Assembly: GCF_963506605.1 (NCBI RefSeq)
Contig: NC_083281.1
Coordinates: 47,802,001-47,866,000, forward strand
From: Zootoca vivipara
Lineage: Eukaryota
Length of the DNA stretch: 64,000 bases
Direction: 5' to 3'
Part shown: positions 37,586 through 49,921 of the stretch, one piece after another
Position numbering within the stretch: the stretch's first letter is position 1
Layout of the letters: every line of letters begins with the position of its first letter
Notes under the pieces: generated by a model
Seen by the model: only the letters and a program-made list of their open reading frames with translations
Told to the model about the DNA's origin: nothing
Database searches by the model: none
Translations under genes and position numbers: made by a program

Positions 37586-37765
37586 GATGAACCAGGCCCC
37601 TACAGTGGGCTTTGAGGCGGATGTTGGGAGTAGGACAACTCATCACTTCATGTACCCAGAAAGTGCCAAGAACCTGCCTGCCAACGTTAGCTTTGTTCTT
37701 GTGCCCTTCAAAGCCCTGGACCTGCTGTGGATGGCAAGCGCCTTGTCGACGGGCCAGATCCGATT
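37586..37765 (+). CDS. ST3GAL2: ST3GAL2 coding exon 3
   Basis: 180 nt; [42 protein letters not shown]...GQIRF; tgcag| and |gtacgt. Confidence 0.97.
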
Positions 37766-38435
37766 GTACGTATCCTGCATTGCAGGGAGTTAAGCTTGGA
37801 TGACCCTTTGGATACCCTCCAATGCCACAATTCCATGATTCTATCCCACCCAGTGAGGAAAAGATGGGCAGCCCTGGCCAACAGGCACCATGTCATTGCC
37901 TGGGGACGAGTAATTCCCATTCCTGTGCCTTCAACCCTTTCTGGACCTTTTCCAAAAGATGGCTGTCTTAGGTAGCATGCTGGTCCCACCCATTATTATT
38001 TTCCAGTGTATGGTTAAATGTTTGAAAGCAAAAAAGTTGCTTCCAGGGTGTAAGCAGAACAGACAGTCCACACTTGAATGTTGTACACAAAATGAGGGAT
38101 GTAACATACATAAAGGTATGCTCTGCTACCTGTATGTGAAAGTTCACGTTTTGTGACAGCCAAGAGTGGCGGTAATGAAGGAAAGAAGAGAATTGTGTTC
38201 TCTCTGTAAAACTCCAGAGCTGCTTGGTTCAATTTCAGGTTTGTCCAGTCCCCAAATTTTCACTGTGTCTGTTGGCCCCTCCATGCCCCCCTCTTCCTTT
38301 AAGAGTTAATATGGGGATGTGACAGAAAGAGGGAAGGGAGGGCAGAGGGGGCAATTGAGCAGAGCATCTTTTTAGCAAGAGGGGGGGCGAGGAGCATCTC
38401 ATTCACGTTATTTCTCCCTTCTGCTTCTCTCATAG

Positions 38436-38481
38436 CACTTATGCGCCCGTGAAGCCTTTCCTTCGGGTGGACAAAGACAAG
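38436..38481 (+). CDS. ST3GAL2: ST3GAL2 coding exon 4 (TYAPVKPFLRVDKDK)
   Basis: 46 nt, catag| and |gtaagt; keeps the frame; absent from the ORF track. Confidence 0.95.
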
Positions 38482-39090
38482 GTAAGTCTGGCCTTCATGG
38501 AGGAGAGGGAAGGGATTCTCTGAAAATATCCATGTTGGCTTCATCTGCATGGGTATTTTCTAAATTCTCATCTCTCTTAAGTTAGCTTGAGAAGCAAGTA
38601 TTTTGTTTTTTCAGGGGTTGGTTGGTTCTACTAAAAATACAAACATACTACAGTCATACCTCGGGTTATGGCCGCTTCAGGTTGCGTGCTTTCGGGTTGC
38701 CTCCCACACGGATCACGTTCGCAACCCGAGCATCCACTGTATATGCATTACTATACACATACACACTCCAGGTTTCCTAAGGCAATCAGATACATTTAAA
38801 AAAATGGAAGTCGCTCTGCAGCACGAAGGGCAACTGAGCATCAAGCAACAGCAATGGGTCCAGGATTACCCCCAAGCTGCTTATGCACTCCTTCAGAGGG
38901 TGTGTAACCCCATCAAGAGCAGGCAACTTCCCAGCCACCCGGTCTAGGGAACCATCCACTAACAGTGCCTCAGCCTTTTCCTCTGGACTGTGTGGACTGA
39001 GATTGAAATACTCAATGGCCATGTGGAGGGGCTTCCCACAGAGAAAGCACTGCCTGTTGTGATGTTGTCTTCTGTGATTTGTGTCCTTAG

Positions 39091-39210
39091 GTTCAAATCT
39101 ACAACCCAGCTTTCTTCAAATACATCCATGACCGATGGACAGAGCACCACGGACGCTACCCTTCCACGGGGATGCTGGTCCTGTTCTTTGCCTTGCACGT
39201 TTGTGATGAG
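39091..39210 (+). CDS. ST3GAL2: ST3GAL2 coding exon 5 (sialylmotif S)
   Basis: 120 nt; [40 protein letters not shown]. Confidence 0.97.
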
Positions 39211-40113
39211 GTGGGTTCTTAAGTAGCTGGAGAGGCTTCCCAGCTTGTAAACAGAGATTTCATGTTGCAGAGGGAGGGCCAGCGCCTGGAATTTGGCAGG
39301 CTCCTCTGGTCTATTTAACAGACTGGATGCATGTGTGTGGGTGTGGGTGGGTGGGTGTGGGTGTGTACGTGTGCCTGTGTGTGTTTTAAAGGGGAGGCAA
39401 GAGAGACAGAATGTAAAAAGGTGGGTCACAGTTCACAATCACTCAGCACAGAGATTCAACACAAAGCAGGACCATGGACAGGTCTGCCAGTTTTACTTAA
39501 TTATACGGTAGTACATTAATTCACACACACACACACGGACATAATAATAAAATATGCTGTATATTGAAAGATAGAAGAGATTATAACCAAACAACCTGAT
39601 GGGGACCAACAATGCTAGGTGTCTTCTATGGCTGTATCCACACTGGGACATCTGTGTGTATGTGGGTTGCTCATTCCATGTGTGCATCTGTGCAACTTCA
39701 TCCACACATGAACGCATTTAAAGTTATGCGTCTAAAATCTGTCTTAGTGTTTCCCATCCACGTTAGTTGACAGTGTTGATGGATAGTATTTGTCTTCCAT
39801 GTTGCAGTCCTCTTCCACCTTATGTTCTGGAAACATGAGGCCCATTGTGGGCATGTGCACAGATAATCTTAAAAAGGAAAAAAACAATTTAATGTTGAAA
39901 TACAAGTTTCCTAATATGCCAGATTTGCACAAAAGAGCAGTGAAAAAAAATGAATGTGCCCATTTGGCTCCAAGCTGGGCAAGTGTGTGGAGCCCCTCCC
40001 ATGAAAGGCCTGCCACTTCCTCTCCTCCCGTTGTTGTTGTTAGAATTTATATACTGCCCTATATCCAGAGGTCTCAGGGCGTTTCACAGAATAAAATCAA
40101 GACATAAAACCAC

Positions 40114-40149
<36 letters not shown>

Positions 40150-40427
40150 AATAACCCCCCCCCAAAAAAACATTTTAAAGGGCATAGGATGTAAATCAGA
40201 TTAACCAAAGGCCTGATTGAAAAGGAACATTTTTTGCCTGGCGCCAAAAGGTGTACAGTATGTATAATGATACGGTGAAGCCAGCTTTGCAAAGTTTGGA
40301 AGCCATTTACACCTACAGTGCCCCCCTGCCACTCCATTGTCTCTTAGCGGGTAATCCCACTGAGTTTCAATTCAGTGGATGTTTCCCTTGCTGACAAGGA
40401 CCCTCTCTTTTCTTTCCCTGGCTATAG

Positions 40428-40601
40428 GTGAACGTTTTTGGGTTTGGGGCAGACAGCCGTGGCAACTGGCACCATTACTGGGAAAACAATCGCTATGCAG
40501 GAGAGTTCCGAAAAACTGGGGTGCATGATGCTGATTTTGAAGCCCATATCCTTGATATTCTGGAGAAGACAAACAAGATTGATGTTTATCGTGGTAACTG
40601 A
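40428..40601 (+). CDS. ST3GAL2: ST3GAL2 last coding exon (motif III HYW, VS motif HDADFE)
   Basis: [60 protein letters not shown]; total CDS 1044 nt = 347 aa. Confidence 0.97.
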   Translation: MNVFGFGADSRGNWHHYWENNRYAGEFRKTGVHDADFEAHILDILEKTNKIDVYRGN

Positions 40602-43600
40602 CCCCTCCAGGCTGCTGTGTTCCAGCACTGACTTGGTGACTGGCCTGCAGGGGATGATGGGCCAGGTGGCTACCTGTAGGGCCTGGGCTGAGCACTGGGT
40701 TTCCCCTGAACCCATCAAGATGGACCCTGGGAAAACTGCACCCCAGGGAGACCCCAGAGAGCAAATGAGGTACACTGTTTCTGAAAGCAATTGCAGCAGA
40801 AAGATACTCTCAAAGGGGAGTGAAGGAAGTGTGTGTGTTTTGTTGTTCCTCTCCCCTCAAATCAAGAGGATTTTCAAATAGAACAAATCAAGTTTTGAGT
40901 ACGTAGCACAGGCTTCCCCACCTGGTGGCTAAAAGGAGATACATTGCTGCACATTTTCTTTCTTTGAATGAAGATTAAAAAGTAGGAAGGGGTGCACAAA
41001 AGCAGCCAAAGGAGGAGGAAATCTACCTGGTGGCTGGCCAGGTTTGGCTGCTCTTTGACCAGTTCTCAGAGGTCTGCCATTCTGAGTCTGCTGGGAAGCC
41101 TGGACACTGACTGGTTGCTAAGAGCGACACACTGCAAGGCTGCCCCAGAAGCTGCAACTGGAAGAAGCCCTTACAATCCAGAGAGGCTCCGCTGTTTTTA
41201 TTTTTTTTAAAAAGCAAATGAACAATCAACTTTCCTTTGCTAAATGGCACTTCTCGTTTCCCACTTTTGTCCAGGGAAGATTCTTTTTTGTGTGTCTTCA
41301 TTTTGTACAATCAGGTTTAAAATGCAGAGAGCAGCTGGATTGTATTTGTTGTTGTTACAATCAAGTAAACTCTGGAAGATTTTGCTTGCGGAAGCCAAGT
41401 CTGGGAGGTGCGGTGCCTACGGAAGACTCTGTCGTTCGGCACCCTGACTCTGGTGGGTGGTTATGGACACAGGCGGTTTTCAGGGAGCCAGTGCCACTAG
41501 GGACAGGCACTGCCCCCTTGTGCTAGAACCTAAGGGGAACCCATGCCAAAGCCACCCGAATTTCAGACCTGGTGACTTCTACCTTTCTCTACCATTCATG
41601 GCTGTAATCAAGTTGACCGCCATCTTGGGTTTGGGTGAGCAGGAGGTTCCCTCTCATGGCAAACCGTTTCTTGTGATCTCAGAGCAGGGTGCCTGCATGT
41701 GTTTGCCTACTCTACCTCCACCTTTCTGCCCCACCCTTTTACTCAAATTGTTTCAATGATTGGGGGGGAGCCAGGGAAGTGGCCCCCAGTCTGAAAGGAC
41801 TGGCCAGCTCCCTCCAGTTAGTCCGAACCTTGGCTGAAAGAACTGCTTGCTGCCCCACGACCAAGACTCCCTGCCATTGGACTGATTTGTGTAGCTAAGT
41901 CCCTCCAGATTGCAGCAGAGAGAGAGAGAGAGATGGTTTGGAAGGGTGGAAGAGCACCAGGCTGCATTGTTGGAGGGTAGCAAGCTAGCTGGAGGGCAGA
42001 GTAGGAGGAGCCAATTTCCTTCTTGTTGGGTTTGCTCTCTTGCCCTAGAAGCTAGGCTGGTGGAAAGTAGCATAGCATGTGGAGAGCTGCCTAGTTTCAG
42101 GGTTTGTTTGTTTCCCTTTTCTCAGAATCATATTCAGATGCAGCAGGGGTTCCTGCTGGTGAGCAGAAAGTCGGGGCAGGTGAGCCATGCTACTCAGGAA
42201 CATGTCCTTCAGGAAAGGAATCTGGTGTTCGGTTCAGCTGCCTTTGGGCAATTGAAGAGGACTGGCTGGCAACTTGTCAGCCCTCTAGACCTAATGTTTT
42301 CCATTCCTGAAGGCTTCCAGGATTTAACCAACACAGGTATTGCACACAGGTATTAATTAATGCTTTGCTGTTGGGCCATGGGCGAATTCTGCTGAAATGT
42401 TTTATAACCACTGAAAGGAGCAGGCAGATTTGTCCTTTGAACGGAGCCCTGTGGCATCCTCACTTCGCACTGTCCATGGGTTTGCACTGGCCTCGCCTTT
42501 TAGTTGGGGGCAGGAGGCTTAGGAAGTTGGGCTACATTACATTACTTGACCTTGGAAGGGAGGAGAGCAGGGACGAAGGCAAAGCTAAAGGACTTCCCTC
42601 TTGTTTGGGCATCAGGGATTTGTGGGTATGCAGGCCAAGACCCCAGGCACCAGCCCGCCCTTTTCTCTGCCCTTCAAAACTGCAATCATGCCAAACAGTA
42701 TTGAATAAGTATTTCTTTTAAAAAAAAAGATGAGTTGTGTAGGAGGGAGCAGCCCCAAAGGGGACCAATCCTAATTCCTTGTGGCAACAGTGACTTAACT
42801 GCACAGCCTAGAAAACCCTGTTTCTTCCTCTTTCCTCCTGTACCTCCCCCACCCTGTTTACATGCCTCTCAAGAGGGTTGTGTGTGTTGAGGGAGTAGAG
42901 CATATTAGAGGGTTGTGTGTGTTGAGGGAGTAGAGCACATTAGAGACCAGAGAGATGTTCTTTGTTTGAACTGCAAAGTCTTCTGCTAATGAGCTTCTGC
43001 TGCCATCTGGATGCTGAGAGGCAGCAGGACTGGCCTTCCAGCTGCTGTGTATGGTCAGAGCAAAAGAGAGCAAGTCTGTCTCTAGAAGAGCATCAAACAG
43101 CCATGTACTTCTAGGGGGGCAGCCATCCAAGCACCACCCTCCAGGGGTTTGAGACTCCTCCAAGCCAGTACTGCCTCATGCTGCTGTGGCTGAGAGTCTA
43201 AAACCCCTGGAAGGCACATCTGGTTGGGCAAGGAAGTCTGGAGCCTGCCAGCTGGCTGAGGGAGCAGGCAGTCCACCTGTTCTTTTTTCTTCTTCTTTCC
43301 AATACTTTCCTAAAATCTCTGGGCACTTTTTGGGGGGGGCGGTGTGTGGGGGATAAATTTTGAGCATCAAAGAGTGCCTTGACTTGCCCTGCTGGCTCCC
43401 TTGGACTCTTTCCACTCCCTGGTGGTTTTGTCTGCTATGTGTTTGCCTTTTTCTCTCTGTCTCTCCCTTCCTGCTGCTCTGTGTGGAGAGGCTTTGCCTG
43501 GGCGAAAGAGCCAGCTTGGAACAAGGCTAGGGCCTGCCTGGCTCTCAGCAGCACCTGCATGGCTGCTTTTTGGTGGGAGTGATGGGACAATCTTTCCAGG

Positions 43601-44948
43601 CCACTCCACCTCTGGGTCTTCAGAGCAGCAAATATTCCTCATCTCACTCTGTCACTTGGAACTGGAAATCTTCCCCACCCCCTCCCTCTGCCTCTTTTGT
43701 GGATGGCTTGAAGAAATCTCTTCTGCCTCTTCAGCAGCCTGGTCACTTAATGCCTGCAGGAGACAAAGCTGGTAGGTTGTGATGGGTGACTATATCCAGG
43801 TAGAACTTGTATGGCAGAGCATGAAATGTTGGGCAACCTTGACCGGATCCTGCCTTACCACTTGCCTTCTCCTTTGGACCATCTCTGATCCAAAGATAAA
43901 AGCTCCTCCCCAGGAATGCATTCTACATTGCCGACAGTGAGCTGTGGACTGGCAGGATCAGAGTTCCGATTGTGTAAGTGGCCAAGTGAATGTTCAAAGT
44001 TTGAAAGATTCTTTAAGATGCTCATGCTGGGCATCTCTGTTGGCTGAACCCAGGTTTCTCCCCCCCACACACACACACCTTCAGTGAGGTAATTTCCACT
44101 TGACTTTACGGTAGTTTTGCCACCTGGTCAAAGAGTCCTGCATCTCTGAGCCACCCTCCCCTGGCTCCTACAAATGAGCTGCCAGCTGGACACGGGGCCA
44201 GCTCATCCATAGGACAGGGCAAATGGTTGTTCCTGGACTGGATCATTTGCAAGGGAGCTTCCCACTGCGGCTGTGACACAATTCCTTTCTCCACGGTAGC
44301 TGACCTTCAGTCCCCAGCCAGCAATTTTGCTGAATAACCGGGGTGGGGGGGTGGGGAGGGGGGAACTTTAGAACTACAGGGAACAAACCTCTGCCATTTC
44401 AGAGCTGGCAGTGGCTGAGTTGGACGATGTATGCGGTGGCTGCTGGCAAACCCCAGGACGGTTTCTCAAACCGGCAAAATGGTCTGGGTAGAGGTTGCAG
44501 GTGTGAGAGGTGTGCCCCATGCGTCTTAAGGGAAGGAAAAGTCTGGAGAAGGCCTTGTGCTTTCCCCAGTGTGATCAGAAGGACTCCTGCTTAAATCCCC
44601 CTTCTGCTTCCTGAGCTCCACAGACTGGGGTAGACTTGGAGGCCTGGACCTTCAGCTCCCACCCATGGCCCAAGCCCCAAGCCTGACTTCCTTTCTCTTC
44701 CTCTGAATGGAAGTTCTGCCTGCCCCCCCCCATCCCTTCTGCCTTGGGCTGCCTCTGTAGACAAATCTCTTATAAGCAGCTACTTATAAACTAAGGAAAT
44801 CATGGATCCAAAGCTGTTTGCCCTCCTTTTCTAGCCTACACTTCACTTTATCAGTATTACATGCAGTTCTGCTGCCTCAGTTTGTACTTTTTGACTTCAC
44901 ATGCCACAGTTGGAAGAAACTGGATTTATTTTGTGTTCTGTTGTACAA

Positions 44949-44954
44949 AATAAA
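44949..44954 (+). terminator. Likely distal ST3GAL2 polyadenylation signal
   Basis: AATAAA preceded by TGTA elements and U-rich tracts, followed by U/GU-rich sequence. Confidence 0.7.
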
Positions 44955-46197
44955 ATCTGTACCTTTTTCCTTCTGCTGATTTCTGCAATGGCTGCGTGGG
45001 TGGAGTTTCCCCCCCTTTTCCTTTCTATGTTTGTGTTTCTGGCCCCCTAAGTATCTCCCAACCCAGGTTATCAGCCATCACCTGGGGGTAGGGAGCAGCG
45101 AGGCGGCCTCTCAGGCTGCACTCAGTGAGCTGACCTTCATCTTCATGGATGAAGGTGGTGATGGTGGCAGGTGATGGTATAGCAGAAGTCATTAAAAAAA
45201 CAACCCCACACATCTCCTAATCTTGGAAGGGCATCCCAAAATTGTCTCTTAATAGATACTGCTGGATCCAGAGGTATAAGAAGTATTAGAATTGGCTTAT
45301 TTCATGTACTTTCCTTAAATTTGAACTGAGTTTTTTTATTGAAACACAGAATGTAATTCTGCAATCTCAGCTCTTGTTTGTGACTTCCTGGCTCCAATGA
45401 GCCCCCAATGAGCCCCCACCCCCCCAATACTTGGGCCCCATCTGCACTACACATTTAAAGCACTATGCTGCTGCTTCAAACAATCTTAGCTTCCCCCCAA
45501 AGAATCCTAGGAACTGGAGTTTGTTAAGGGTGCTGACAGTTGCAAGGAAGCCCCTAGTCCCCTACCAGAGGTACAGTTCCCAGAGCACCCTGGGAAGACC
45601 CTCTTCAAGAGAGCCCTACAGTTGCCACCAAGGATTGGCGTATTCTTCATTTACCACCTCAGGCCTTCTGTGGGCATACAGTGCCAAGGACAGGGTCTCA
45701 CTGATGAGAGAACCCCCCTGTCCTCATTGAGAGACAGGCGTGCCACTTTCCCTCCACACAACGGCTTCTAGGCTTAGTTTCTTCTGCCTCAGGTGAAATT
45801 TTTGAAGGATGCTCTGAGAGGTCACTGGACAAAAGAGGAGCCTTTGAAGAATAACTCATTTCTTCCACCACAATAAATCTTCCTGAGTTTCAGGTGCCAC
45901 AAGACCCTATTTAGGGTGTGTATTTAACATTATTATGCACTTCTTGGTGTTCTAGCACGTACGAATGGGACTTTAAAAAATTGTTTTCAAAATTAGATAT
46001 AGTTACCTGGCTTTAAGACTTAAGAACTTCAGCCATCTCTACTCTAGGTCAAGATTTTACCAGTTTTTTTGGGGGGGGGCCTTTCATATAGGTGAGAGGT
46101 TGGGCAGTTTTGTAGCTGGCTTTAGCGATTTGCCAGCGAAGGAGACAGCACCCAGAAGGTCAGCAGACTACTACCAAAGTCTAATCCAAGAGCTCCT

Positions 46198-46203
46198 TTT
46201 ATT
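46198..46203 (-). terminator. Likely polyadenylation signal of the SDR gene
   Basis: AATAAA on the minus strand ~120 nt after the stop codon. Confidence 0.6.
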
Positions 46204-46323
46204 GCTTTGCACCCTGAGTAGCTGAAGACCCCAAACTGTGGCTCTTCCCATCTCCTGTGTGAATCTGGCATGCCCCTCAGGATTTCTGGAAGGCCCTCAA
46301 CTTCTGCCTTTGTATCTTCTTCC

Positions 46324-46437
46324 TCACCAAGGGACAGTTTTTCCTTCCCAGTCTAAAAAGGTTCCGTTGTCCTGGGCAGAGAGGCGGGAAAGCACTTGGA
46401 TGATCCCTCTTGTGCTGGAGGCCACACTCAAGACTCC
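46324..46437 (-). CDS. C-factor-like SDR exon 6 (GVLSVASSTRGIIQVLSRLSAQDNGTFLDWEGKTVPW-stop)
   Basis: 114 nt, ttttgttccag| acceptor; family-diagnostic C-terminus NGxFxDWxGxxxPW; absent from the ORF track. Confidence 0.92.
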   Translation of the reverse strand, partial: GVLSVASSTRGIIQVLSRLSAQDNGTFLDWEGKTVPW

Positions 46438-48359
46438 CTGGAACAAAAAAAGCGACATCATGCTGCATTATTAAGTGGCCAAAAGCTGCCATCTGTTCTA
46501 CCACCAGCTCCACACAGGTTCCTGGCATTCGCAGAAGCAAGGCTGGCACCTCCTGGGGATGTGCCTGCTGCAAGAATCTGATTTGACTGACAAAGAAGCC
46601 TTCCTTCAGGAGTGCCAGCCCACCGCCCTGGGCATGCTGGAGCAGACTTGCCAGGCAAAGGATGTGGGGGTGAAGGGCTGCAAATGGGATTTGAGGGGAC
46701 GGGAGCTGAAGTCTGGGATGTGGCACCACACCAGTCTGGGTGGAGGGCATGGAATTATTGAGACTGGTGGAAGGAGGCGCCTTGGGAAATTTGGGTGTGC
46801 CCCCCCCCCCAAAAAATGCAAGCTAAACTTTGCTTCAAGGTATAAACTGAGCCCAATTTCAGCTTCCCTCTGCTTGGGAACTGGTAGGAGGGAGACGCTT
46901 GAAGTAGGCCTTGCTGCACCACTGCTTCTCAGAAAGAAGCTGTGTTTCACCCCTGGCTCTTACAGCTCCTTCCTCTGATACATGAACTTGCCTAGTTGGA
47001 CTGGGAGAGACCCTGCCGTACGTTTCCATGGGGCTGCAGCACAGCCCTGCTCCCCTTGGTCACAATGACTCCCCAGAGCCCTCGCAAAACAGCCCAACTC
47101 CACATGGTTCCCTGCTTGTGTTCCTGGTGGTATAGGAGAAAGTGTCCGACCATTTGGCCATAATGAATAAGTAAAGAAGTTGGAGTTCTTGACTGAAGAT
47201 CCCACAGAAATAGTAGAAAGGCAAGAACTCAGGCCACCGTAGTAATGTATGACAGGGCCCTGTTTTGACAATTCTTCAGCAAGTAGACTTAAGAGTCAAC
47301 GTGTACAGGTAGATCAAATATCAGTTCTTGCCTTTCTACTATTTCTGTGTGTTCCTGGTGGGGCAGAGGAAGAGGGCAGTCGGCAGCCCTTTTGGCTTTG
47401 TTTCATGTGGAAAGGAAATGCCCCACCCACTCCTGGTTCTGGCTCTACCCAGTACCACCCTCTGGCCCCTGACACATGACTCTATGGGAAAGTGGCCCTC
47501 AACAGGCCATCTCCTCCCCCCTCCTACTTGCCTCCTTCCTGAGTCATGGGATGCCTCCACCCTTCCCTGCTTTATGCTGCCTGTGGGTGTTAACCAGATG
47601 CCATTCTGGTTGGGCAGCATTTCTTAAGTCAGTCCGTAGGTGTCAACAGCAACTACAGGCGATGTTAGTGAGCACACCAGGGAAACCAGAAGACCAGCTC
47701 CTTGATTGCATTAATGATGAACCTGAATTTTGCATTAATGATGAACCTGAATTTTTGTCCCAACTCTCACCTCAGCCTCATCCCACGGAGACATTTGCAT
47801 CGTGGAATCTGACCAGCAGGTCCCAAAACGCTGTCGTGGGCGGGTGGGGGGGGACGAAAGGTCCACTCTAAAGGTGCTCAGAGGGCACCGCTGCATGGAA
47901 GCCGTGCAGGCTGCGTTTTCCCCTGCTGCCGTTGAGCTGGATGAGGCTGACCTCATCTGTGACCTCCTGCCAGTGACTCTGCAGTCCAGGCAAGTAAGGA
48001 TGATCACGTGTGGGCGCTGCTCTCACTTATTTAATATTCCATAAGTGCCTCTTTCCAAGCTCCCACAACAACTTAACTGGTCTGTATGTGAAAGCTTGTG
48101 CCTTTTTCATCCCATGGGTTCACAAGGCTTCCCCTGACTCAGGGTTGTAGAATTCACTCCCCTCCCCTTCCTGTGCATCCTCTCTGCGACCTTAGAGTAG
48201 CGAAGTCCAGGAGGGTCTGAGCTCCCTGCAGGCACATCAAAATCCACCCTATATCGTTGCTCAGAAGTGGGCCCTGAGGATTCTTCTTCGGGGGTGGTCA
48301 GGCTGAAATCCACAGCACCATGTCGTCCCCCCCCCATTATCACTTGGGCTGGTGCCTAC

Positions 48360-48470
48360 CTGCTCTACTCCAAGTTGGGTCTTCACTCCTCCAGGGTGGA
48401 TAGAGACACACAGGATCCCATAGGGGCCATACCCAAGAGATTGGCAGCGCATTAGCATGTTCAGAGCTGC
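48360..48470 (-). CDS. C-factor-like SDR exon 5 (AALNMLMRCQSLGYGPYGILCVSIHPGGVKTQLGVEQ)
   Basis: 111 nt, ctgcag| and |gtaggc; AALNM and HPGxVxT motifs. Confidence 0.93.
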
Positions 48471-49264
48471 CTGCAGAGGAAGAAGCACAGTCAATTGGGA
48501 CCTGTTGGTTCAAGGGATGCCTAGCCAAGTGTGAGGCTGCAAGAGGGGGTTACGTTGTTGCCTGCTTTCATGCCCTGGCTGGTTCCAGCCGTCTACAAGC
48601 ATATTGTGGCTCTCAGGCCATGGAGTGCCTATCCCATCAGTGCCTGACAGAACCATCCATGGCCTGGAAGGGTGGTTGGGCAGCTCTGCGGGAGATTTGT
48701 AGTCAAATCCAATAATACATATTGCTGCTGGTTTGCATGTGGAGGGGTTAAGACCATAGAGCTGTATTGCCAATAATCCAACTCAGACCATAGAAACATA
48801 ATTAGTAGAGATGACTCTGTGTGGTGTCATTTCCCCTCCTCTCCAGGAGGGAAGAAGCAAAAGTATTTTCTGTCCTCTCCCCCTCCTCACTCTCACTCTT
48901 TTCAACCAGCCACGAAGGAGGACCTGCCTCTGATCACTCCTGAGGCTGTAAACACATTGTACCTGCCTTTGGTTCTAATGCTGTTGCTGCTAAGGATGAA
49001 TGCTTGACTGTGAGTAAAATATATGTTTTAAACTTCCTTTTCGGTCTGTAGCCACTTTCTTTGATAAACGTGGTAACTGTTATAAGAATTTTAAGAACTT
49101 ACATATATAAAATAAATGTTCCGAAATCTACCAAGCAAACAAACACACACACACACACACACACACATATCACATGTCTGAAGCCACAGAAAAAGTCCTG
49201 AAACCATTTTGTCCCTCCCAAATTGACCTCAAATATTTCTCTGCAAGATCGAAGGAAATGGGAA

Positions 49265-49515
49265 GAAGAAGAAGAGAAGAAGAGTTTAGATTTGATATCC
49301 TGCTTTATCACTACCCGAAGGAGTCTCAAAGCAGCTAACAATCTCCTTTCCCTTCGTCCCCCACAACAGACACCCTGTGAGGTGGGTGGGGCTGAGAGAC
49401 TTCAAAGAAGTGTGACTAGACCAAGGTCACCCAGCAGCTGCATGTGGAGGAGCGGAGACGCGAACCCGCTTCCCCAGATTACGAGTCTACCGCTCTTAAC
49501 CACTACACCACACTC
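49265..49515 (-). mobile_element. Squam-type tRNA-derived SINE
   Basis: Minus strand agtgtggtgtagtggttaagagcggtagac head, CORE-like cacagggtgtctgttgtgggg body, (TTC)n tail. Confidence 0.8.
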
Positions 49516-49539
49516 CCCGTTGTCTCTTTGCTCACAAAT

Positions 49540-49915
49540 CCTGTCTTAAGGGCACATTTAAGATATGAATAGGGTGAGCCTGTGACCTGGATTTAGGTAG
49601 TTATCGTCACAAAAGAATAGCCAGGCTCTCCAGGTAAACCCCTTGAACAACCAGGTATACTCATCAACAGGTTTCCTGCCGGCCCCTTCTCCTATGTATG
49701 ATCTTTCTGGGAGTGGTCTTGAGCTCCAGAGCGGGGAATTTCAAAAGTCTATATAGGAGTTCTCAGTCCCTCCTGCCTCCAGCGTGTGGTTGTGAGCACC
49801 CTGTTGCAACAGTTAATAAAGATCAGGCTTACTAGTGGCTTTGCTTCTCAATATTCTCTGGGTAGCTTCTGTTATTTTCTCCTACCGATAGAGAACCTAC
49901 AAAAGGTCTAGCTTG
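49540..49915 (+). mobile_element. Probable solo LTR (boundaries approximate)
   Basis: TATATA ~49750, AATAAA 49815-49820, LTR-like U3-R-U5 spacing. Confidence 0.55.
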
Positions 49916-49921
49916 TCTAAC

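Noticed and set aside
47706-47753. 24-bp tandem duplication (similar ones at ~62550-62606 and ~63648-63695)
   Set aside because: Ordinary slippage duplications in non-coding DNA
48107-48226. Candidate last exon of the SDR gene
   Set aside because: No family similarity; the real terminal exon with NGTFLDWEG-PW is at 46324-46437
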